From a virus (Duplodnaviria; Caudoviricetes), in IMG/VR virus record IMGVR_UViG_3300032292_000618, positions 1-64,000 of that record: DNA of 64,000 nt. One strand, given 5' to 3'. The stretch's first letter is position 1, and each line of letters opens with the position of its first letter. The notes under the pieces are model-generated. The model did not search any database. It was not told where the DNA came from and saw nothing but the letters and a program-made list of their open reading frames with translations. Below are positions 57,511 through 64,000 of this stretch, piece by piece. A program made the position numbers and the translations under genes.

Positions 57511-57742
57511 TACTATTTTAGTTACTGAAATTCATGAGGTTGGAGGGGCAGATCTAGGAGAACCTGATTGCAAACTGGTAAATCCTGTTGAGATGGTCAA
57601 AGAACCTTTTGGAGAATATACTGTAAAAAGATGGCCAGACTTTACAGACCAAAAAGAAATTAAGATTCATTCAGATTCTATACTTACTATTGTTGACCCT
57701 AAATCAGATCAAATTGAAAAATACTTGAAGGCTATTAAATGA
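57476..57742 (+). CDS. Conserved hypothetical protein, Sm-like fold candidate
   Basis: LKILLLKND..GEPDCKL.NP...SD.ILTIVDP; ATG 57476 preferred. Confidence 0.75.
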   Translation: MQNLKILLLKNDTILVTEIHEVGGADLGEPDCKLVNPVEMVKEPFGEYTVKRWPDFTDQKEIKIHSDSILTIVDPKSDQIEKYLKAIK

Positions 57743-60234
57743 AGTTTTACACAAATGTTGTCCTGGTGGGAAATGAAATTCTCTCCAGGGGGTTTTATAA
57801 TGGAGAACATTTTAAAAACAGAGAAACTTTCTATCCCACAATTTATGTAAGCACTAATAAAAAAACAAAATTTAAAACATTAGATGGCAATTTTGTAGGT
57901 GAAGTTAAACCAGGCACAATTCGTGAAACTAGAGAATTTATAGACAAGTATAAAAATGTTGATAACTTTCAACTATACGGAAATACTAGATACATCAATC
58001 AATACATCTCAGATAACTATACAGAAGATGCTATTAAATTTGATATTAGTAAAATCCAACTGATAACCATTGACATTGAGGTTGCATCAGAAAATGGATT
58101 CCCTGATGTTAAAAGTTGTCAAGAAGAACTCTTGACAATTTCCATTCAAGATTATAATACTAAAAATATTATTACTTGGGGAGTTAAACCTTTTGTCAAT
58201 ACTAAACCAAATGTAACTTATATCCTTTGTAAGGATGAGTATGATTTGTTGGATAGATTTCTTTTTTATTGGGACTCAAATCATCCAGATGTTATCACTG
58301 GATGGAATTGTGATCTTTATGATATTCCATATCTATCTGGAAGAATTAATAAAATGTTTGGGGAGAAAGCAGTAAAAAAACTTTCTCCTTGGGGAATAGT
58401 AACAGAAACTGAGGTTGTTATTGCAGGTAGAACTCAAACACGAGTTGAGATTGCTGGCATTACAATTTTGGATTATATGGAACTGTATAAGAAATTTACT
58501 TATACTAATCAGGAATCATATAGACTTGATCATATTGCTAATGTTGAACTAGGACAGAAAAAACTAGATCACTCAGAGTATGATACTTTTAAAGAGTTCT
58601 ATACAAAAAACTGGCAAAAATTTGTAGAATATAACATTGTTGACGTAGAACTAGTAGATAGACTTGAGGATAAGATGCGTCTTATTGAACTTGCTATCAC
58701 TATGGCATATGATGCTAAAAGTAATTACAATGATGTATTCTATCAAGTTAGAATGTGGGATGCCATCATTTACAATTATCTAAGATCTAAAAATGTAGTA
58801 ATCCCTTTCAAAAAAGAATCTAAGAAAGATCAAAGATATGAAGGAGCCTATGTAAAGGATCCAATTATAGGAAAGCATGAGTGGGTGGTTTCATTTGACC
58901 TCAACTCTCTATATCCTCATTTGATTATGCAATATAACATTTCACCAGAAACTTTAGTTGAAGATAGATTCCCTTCAATTTCAGTAGACAAACTTCTTAA
59001 AAAGGAAGTTACCATTCCAGAGAATTATCCATATGCAGTATGTGCTAATGGGGCACAATATAAGAAAGACATTAGAGGATTTCTTCCAGAGTTGATGGAA
59101 AAGATGTACACTGATCGTGTAATCTATAAAAAGAAAATGATTGAAGCAAAACAACAGTATGAAAAAACTCCTACTGTTGAATTGATGAAAGAAATTTCTA
59201 GATGTAACAATATTCAGATGGCAAAGAAAATTTCTTTGAACTCTGCTTATGGTGCTGTTGGTAATGAGTATTTTAGATATTTTCGTATTGAAAATGCTGA
59301 AGCAGTAACTCTTTCTGGACAAGTCTCAATTCGTTGGATTGAGAGTAAGATGAATTTATATCTTAATAAGATTCTTAAAACTAAGGGTGTTGATTATGTT
59401 ATTGCTTCTGATACTGATTCCATCTATCTTAATATGGGTCCTTTGGTTGAAAGTGTATACCAGGGAAGAGAGAAAACTACTGAGGGCATTGTCTCGTTCC
59501 TTGATAAGATCTGTAAGTTGGAATTTGAAAAGTATATTGAAAGTTCTTACCAAGAATTGGCTAAGTATGTAAATGCTTATGACCAAAAGATGCAGATGAA
59601 GAGGGAGAATATTGCAGAAAGAGGAATTTGGACTGCAAAGAAAAGATACATTCTTAATGTTTGGGATAGTGAAGGTGTTCGTTATTCAGAACCTAAACTT
59701 AAAATCATGGGTCTTGAGGCAATTAAATCTTCAACTCCTGCTCCTTGCAGGACAATGATTAAAGAAGCATTCCAGATCATTATGAATAAAACTGAAGATG
59801 ATATGATTGAGTTCATCGATAAGAGTAGAACTAAATTTTACAATCTTCCCCCAGAAGACATTTCTTTCCCTAGGACTGCTAATAATATCAGTAAGTATAG
59901 ATCAGTAAATTCAATCTATGAAAAGGGAACACCTATTCACATTAGAGGGGTATTGCTGTATAATTACTATATTAAAAAAAATAATTTAGATAATAAATAT
60001 CCTGTTATTAATAATGGAGAGAAAATTAAATTCTGTTATTTAAAAGCAGCAAATCCAATACATGAAAATGTATTGTCCTTCATTCAACAATTCCCTAAAG
60101 AGTTAAATCTTAATAAGTATGTTGATTATGAACTTCAATTTGATAAAAGTTTTCTAGATCCACTGAAGACAATCCTTCAATGTATTGGATGGAAAACTGA
60201 AAAAACCAACACATTAGAATCTTTTTTTATATAA
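57739..60234 (+). CDS. gp43: Family B DNA polymerase gp43
   Basis: DIE exonuclease motif, SFDLNSLYPH, K..LNSAYG, DTDS, KKRY. Confidence 0.97.
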   Translation: MKFYTNVVLVGNEILSRGFYNGEHFKNRETFYPTIYVSTNKKTKFKTLDGNFVGEVKPGTIRETREFIDKYKNVDNFQLYGNTRYINQYISDNYTEDAIKFDISKIQLITIDIEVASENGFPDVKSCQEELLTISIQDYNTKNIITWGVKPFVNTKPNVTYILCKDEYDLLDRFLFYWDSNHPDVITGWNCDLYDIPYLSGRINKMFGEKAVKKLSPWGIVTETEVVIAGRTQTRVEIAGITILDYMELYKKFTYTNQESYRLDHIANVELGQKKLDHSEYDTFKEFYTKNWQKFVEYNIVDVELVDRLEDKMRLIELAITMAYDAKSNYNDVFYQVRMWDAIIYNYLRSKNVVIPFKKESKKDQRYEGAYVKDPIIGKHEWVVSFDLNSLYPHLIMQYNISPETLVEDRFPSISVDKLLKKEVTIPENYPYAVCANGAQYKKDIRGFLPELMEKMYTDRVIYKKKMIEAKQQYEKTPTVELMKEISRCNNIQMAKKISLNSAYGAVGNEYFRYFRIENAEAVTLSGQVSIRWIESKMNLYLNKILKTKGVDYVIASDTDSIYLNMGPLVESVYQGREKTTEGIVSFLDKICKLEFEKYIESSYQELAKYVNAYDQKMQMKRENIAERGIWTAKKRYILNVWDSEGVRYSEPKLKIMGLEAIKSSTPAPCRTMIKEAFQIIMNKTEDDMIEFIDKSRTKFYNLPPEDISFPRTANNISKYRSVNSIYEKGTPIHIRGVLLYNYYIKKNNLDNKYPVINNGEKIKFCYLKAANPIHENVLSFIQQFPKELNLNKYVDYELQFDKSFLDPLKTILQCIGWKTEKTNTLESFFI

Positions 60235-60237
60235 ACT

Positions 60238-61239
60238 ATGGACTTCCTTAAAGATATTGTAAAAGAAATTGGTGGAGAATACACCCAACTTGCTGCAGAT
60301 ATTGATGAAACTGAAACTTTTGTGGATACAGGTTCGTACATTTTTAATGCTCTTGTATCTGGGAGTATCTTTGGTGGTGTATCTGGTAACAAAATCACTG
60401 CAATCGCAGGTGAAAGTTCTACTGGTAAAACTTTCTTCTCTCTTGCCGTCGTTAAAAATTTTCTTGACAATAACCCTACTGGATATTGTCTGTATTTTGA
60501 TACTGAAGCAGCAATCACCAAATCCCTTTTGGAAAGTAGGGGAGTTGACACAACTCGCCTGGTGGTTGTCAATGTAGTTACAGTTGAAGAGTTTCGTGGA
60601 AAGGCACTCAAGGCACTTGATCTTTATATGAAGAAACCAGAAGGAGAACGCAATCCTTGTATGTTTGTGCTAGACTCTCTGGGAATGCTTTCTACCAGCA
60701 AGGAGATTAATGATGCCCTGAATGACAAAGAAGTTAGGGATATGACTAAATCTCAACTGATTAAAGGTGCATTCCGTATGCTTACCCTTAAGTTGGGTCA
60801 GGCAAAAATTCCTATGATTGTTACCAACCATACATATGATGTTATTGGTGCTTATGTTCCTACTAAAGAGATGGGAGGTGGTAGTGGTCTTAAGTATGCT
60901 GCTTCTACAATCATCTACCTCAGCAAAAAGAAAGAGAAGGATGGAACTGATGTTATTGGAAACATTATCAAAGCAAAGACTCACAAATCACGTTTAAGTA
61001 AAGAGAACCAGGATGTTGAGATTCGTCTTTATTATGATGAAAGAGGTCTTGATCGTTACTATGGTCTTCTGGAACTTGGTGAACTTGGTGGACTCTGGAA
61101 GAATGTAGCAGGTAGATATGAAATTGATGGCAAAAAAATCTATGCCAAAGAGATTCTTAAAACCCCAGAAAAATATTTTACTAATGAAGTAATGCAAGCA
61201 TTGGATGAAGTAGCAAACAAGGAATTTTCATATGGATGA
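60238..61239 (+). CDS. uvsX: RecA-like recombinase UvsX
   Basis: [24 protein letters not shown]. Confidence 0.93.
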   Translation: MDFLKDIVKEIGGEYTQLAADIDETETFVDTGSYIFNALVSGSIFGGVSGNKITAIAGESSTGKTFFSLAVVKNFLDNNPTGYCLYFDTEAAITKSLLESRGVDTTRLVVVNVVTVEEFRGKALKALDLYMKKPEGERNPCMFVLDSLGMLSTSKEINDALNDKEVRDMTKSQLIKGAFRMLTLKLGQAKIPMIVTNHTYDVIGAYVPTKEMGGGSGLKYAASTIIYLSKKKEKDGTDVIGNIIKAKTHKSRLSKENQDVEIRLYYDERGLDRYYGLLELGELGGLWKNVAGRYEIDGKKIYAKEILKTPEKYFTNEVMQALDEVANKEFSYG

Positions 61240-61789
61240 TCTAACTGATTTTATTCATGTTTATGAAGGAGCACTAGATGCTCAAGTATGTGATTTCTTA
61301 ATTGACTTTTTTGATCAAATGACTGATCTTCAGGAAAGAGTTGAGAATGGTGGAAAGCCTAATTTCACTCAAGTAAATTTAACTGCAAATTGTAAAATCT
61401 CTGATCAAGTATCTTCTATACATAATCATCTAATCAAATCTACTGTAGAATACAAAGATAAGTATTATCAATTTGCAGATTCTAGAGTATTCCCACCTTC
61501 ACATGCATTTGAACAATTCAGGATTAAGAAGTATAATCCTGGAGGAGATGATCTGTTTGATACTCATGTAGATGTTATGGACTATGCATCTGCTAGAAGA
61601 TACCTATCATTTTTTTGGTATCTAAATGATGTTGAAGTTGGAGGACAAACAGTATTTAAGGATAAATCTATAACTCCAACTAAAGGATCTCTATTGGTCT
61701 TCCCTCCTCTATGGATGTTCCCTCATAGGGGAGATCCTCCAATTAGTGGACCTAAGTATTTGCTGCACACTTATTTACATTATAAATGA
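61232..61789 (+). CDS. 2OG-Fe(II) oxygenase (prolyl-4-hydroxylase-like)
   Basis: HVD, WYLNDV..GG.T.F, FPP...FPH.G, KY. Confidence 0.88.
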   Translation: MDDLTDFIHVYEGALDAQVCDFLIDFFDQMTDLQERVENGGKPNFTQVNLTANCKISDQVSSIHNHLIKSTVEYKDKYYQFADSRVFPPSHAFEQFRIKKYNPGGDDLFDTHVDVMDYASARRYLSFFWYLNDVEVGGQTVFKDKSITPTKGSLLVFPPLWMFPHRGDPPISGPKYLLHTYLHYK

Positions 61790-63168
61790 TGGAAAAGGTA
61801 GAAACTACTATTTTGAGAAATCTTCTTTTTAATAATGACTTTTGTAGGAAAGTTTTACCTTTTATTAAGACTGAATATTTTGAAAATATTCATGAGAGAA
61901 TAGTATTTGAAGAGATTTGTAATTTTATTGTTTCTTATGATGATCTTGCAACTAAAGAAGTTCTTTTAATTGAAACAGAAAAAAGAACAGATATTACTGA
62001 AGATACTTATAAAACTATTTGCGAGTATATTCATAACTTAGATAATTCTCCAGCAGATAAAAATTGGTTGGTAGACATTACAGAAAGATGGTGTAGAGAC
62101 AGAGCAATTTATCTTGCTCTAATGGAAAGTATTAAAATTGCTGATGGTCAAAATGAAAAAAAATCTAGAGATTCTATTCCATCAATTCTACAAGATGCTC
62201 TAGCAGTTAGTTTTGACAATCATATTGGACACGATTACTTAAATGATTATGAAGAAAGGTATGAATCATATCACAGGAAAGAGGAAAAGATCCCCTTTGA
62301 CTTGGATTATTTTAACAAAATTACAAAAGGTGGTATACCTAATAAGACTCTCAATATCGCTTTGGCTGGCACAGGTGTCGGGAAAAGTTTATTCATGTGC
62401 CATATGGCTAGCTCCGTCCTCTTGCAAGGGCGCAATGTTCTCTACATTACACTTGAAATGGCAGAAGAAAGGATTGCTGAAAGAATTGATGCAAATCTTT
62501 TGAATGTTAATATCAAAGATATTGAAGAACTTCCTAGAAAAGTTTTTGAAACTAAAGTAAATAGCATTAGTAAAAAGACTCAAGGGACCTTAATTATTAA
62601 GGAATACCCTACTGCTTCTGCTCATACAGGACATTTCAAGGCACTCTTAAATGAACTTTCTCTTAAGAAATCATTTAGACCTGATATTATTTTCATTGAC
62701 TACCTTAATATTTGTGCTTCCTCTAGGCATAAAGCAAATAGCTCTGTCAATTCTTATTCATATATCAAATCAATTGCTGAAGAACTTAGAGGTTTGGCAG
62801 TGGAATTCAATGTTCCCATTGTCTCTGCTACCCAGACTACCCGCAGTGGTTATGGGAACTCTGATGTTGAACTTACTGATACTAGTGAGTCCTTTGGTCT
62901 CCCTGCTACTGCTGATCTTATGTTTGCCCTTATTAGCACTGAAGAGTTGGAACAACTTGGGCAGATTATGGTGAAACAATTAAAAAATAGATATAATGAC
63001 CCTACCATCAATAAAAGATTCGTTGTTGGTATTGATAGGGCAAAGATGAGACTCTATGATTGTGAACAGAAAGCTCAAGATAATATTCTTGACTCTGGAC
63101 AAGAAGAAGAGTATAATAATATGGAAGAATCTAAAAAAGACAAATTTTCAGGATTTAAATTCTCATGA
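61786..63168 (+). CDS. gp41: Replicative helicase gp41 (DnaB-like)
   Basis: AGTGVGKS, ITLEMAEE, IDYLNI, SATQTTR, KQLKNRY. Confidence 0.96.
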   Translation: MMEKVETTILRNLLFNNDFCRKVLPFIKTEYFENIHERIVFEEICNFIVSYDDLATKEVLLIETEKRTDITEDTYKTICEYIHNLDNSPADKNWLVDITERWCRDRAIYLALMESIKIADGQNEKKSRDSIPSILQDALAVSFDNHIGHDYLNDYEERYESYHRKEEKIPFDLDYFNKITKGGIPNKTLNIALAGTGVGKSLFMCHMASSVLLQGRNVLYITLEMAEERIAERIDANLLNVNIKDIEELPRKVFETKVNSISKKTQGTLIIKEYPTASAHTGHFKALLNELSLKKSFRPDIIFIDYLNICASSRHKANSSVNSYSYIKSIAEELRGLAVEFNVPIVSATQTTRSGYGNSDVELTDTSESFGLPATADLMFALISTEELEQLGQIMVKQLKNRYNDPTINKRFVVGIDRAKMRLYDCEQKAQDNILDSGQEEEYNNMEESKKDKFSGFKFS

Positions 63169-63575
63169 CAAATAAAGTTAATTTTAATAAGTATCAAGAG
63201 TTTGTAGATGTTGTAACTTCAGATGCATCTAGAGACTTTGTTGCTTTCTCAGATCGTATTGTTGAACTGGATCGCAAAGGTGCTAATATCGAAAGACTTC
63301 TCACTGCTGGTGTTGGTATTAATGCTGAGGGTGGTGAGTTCCTTGAGATTGTTAAGAAGATGATCTTCCAAGGTAAACCCTGGAATGAAGATAACAAAGA
63401 TCACCTCATCACTGAACTTGGGGATATGATGTGGTATGTTATGCAAGCATGTATTGCACTGGAAACTCCTATTGATCAAGTGATTGCAAGGAATGTAGAG
63501 AAACTTGAAAAGCGTTATCCTGGTGGTGCTTTTGATGTATTCTATTCTGAAAATCGTTCTGAAGACGATAGATAA
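63165..63575 (+). CDS. mazG: MazG-like NTP pyrophosphohydrolase
   Basis: G..AEGGEF.E.VKK, ELGD.MWY, N..KL..RYP. Confidence 0.9.
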   Translation: MTNKVNFNKYQEFVDVVTSDASRDFVAFSDRIVELDRKGANIERLLTAGVGINAEGGEFLEIVKKMIFQGKPWNEDNKDHLITELGDMMWYVMQACIALETPIDQVIARNVEKLEKRYPGGAFDVFYSENRSEDDR

Positions 63576-63593
63576 TATTAAACTGAGGAATCA

Positions 63594-64000
63594 ATGGCAA
63601 CAGAAACAGATCAATTTGAAGCAGCTTCTATTGTTGTTTTTTATCATGCTATAGAAAAAGGTGCTGATCTAACTCCTAACCAAGATTTAAATCTTTATAA
63701 TGATTTGAAAAGTGAGTTTCCAAATATGGACTCAGAATGGTATCTTGGTTTGTTAAAGCAAGCTAAAGCATTACTTAAATATCTTGGACATTCAGAAGGA
63801 ACTAAAGATACTTCTTGGAATTATGCAAGGTATGGTGGTTCTACTAAAACTCTGCCTGCAACAAAAACAACAGATATCTATGATTATATCTGGTCTAGTT
63901 TTAACAGACAACAGCAGCAATTATTTACTAGTAAGAAAGATAGTTGGAATACTACTGATGTTTACATGGTAAAAACATCAGAAAATCAATCTATAAAAAG
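63594..64000 (+). CDS. Hypothetical protein, truncated by the window end; possible PD-(D/E)XK-like nuclease
   Basis: GAGGA SD, ATG 63594, frame open to 64000 (MATETDQFEAAS...KKDSWNTTDVYMV); not in the ORF track. Confidence 0.6.
   Translation, partial: MATETDQFEAASIVVFYHAIEKGADLTPNQDLNLYNDLKSEFPNMDSEWYLGLLKQAKALLKYLGHSEGTKDTSWNYARYGGSTKTLPATKTTDIYDYIWSSFNRQQQQLFTSKKDSWNTTDVYMVKTSENQSIK

Noticed and set aside
34524-63168. Introns, inteins or homing endonucleases in gp17, gp20, uvsW, gp43, gp41
   Set aside because: All are uninterrupted and of normal length; no LAGLIDADG, HNH, GIY-YIG or intein motifs seen
1921-63479. Minus-strand ORFs in the track
   Set aside because: All are antisense shadows of well-supported + strand genes, with no recognisable motifs or SD sites
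61232-63575. 2OG-Fe(II) oxygenase and mazG (also dam and hsp20 upstream) as novel auxiliary genes
   Set aside because: These are routine components of T4-like cyanophage genomes at these positions

Overview
A 64 kb, AT-rich segment of a T4-like myovirus, essentially all coded on the + strand. Gene content and order point to a cyanophage (Kyanoviridae-like): giant gp7-type baseplate proteins, a VrlC-like protein, hsp20, dam, a 2OG-Fe(II) oxygenase and mazG. Order: (1) a non-coding, origin-like region with four phased cyanobacterial-type DnaA boxes, a strong sigma70 promoter and a G-tract; (2) small early ORFs and a GT-A glycosyltransferase; (3) the virion module gp25-gp6-gp7(two genes)-gp8-VrlC-gp13-gp14-[collagen fibre + subtilase/cupredoxin]-gp15-gp16-[internal-head-type proteins]-gp17-gp18-gp19-gp20-gp21-gp22-gp23-gp3; (4) the replication/recombination module uvsY-uvsW-gp55-gp47-gp46-gp45-gp44-dam-gp62-regA-hsp20-NTase-gp43-uvsX-2OG-gp41-mazG. 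I saw no tRNA, rRNA, CRISPR array, intron, intein or homing endonuclease. Best leads: the DnaA-box/promoter/G-tract composite origin; a G-[IVLFY]-x-[ST] short motif spread over outer virion proteins (candidate glycosylation sequon for the phage glycosyltransferase); a late-expressed nucleotidyltransferase and a polyprotein with T4-type capsid-targeting signals; a subtilase with an inserted blue-copper domain; a ROSE-type thermometer before hsp20; a consensus antisense promoter back-to-back with the gp55 promoter; and candidate overprinted membrane peptides in gp43, uvsX and gp41. All product calls come from motifs and synteny recognised by eye, not from database searches.
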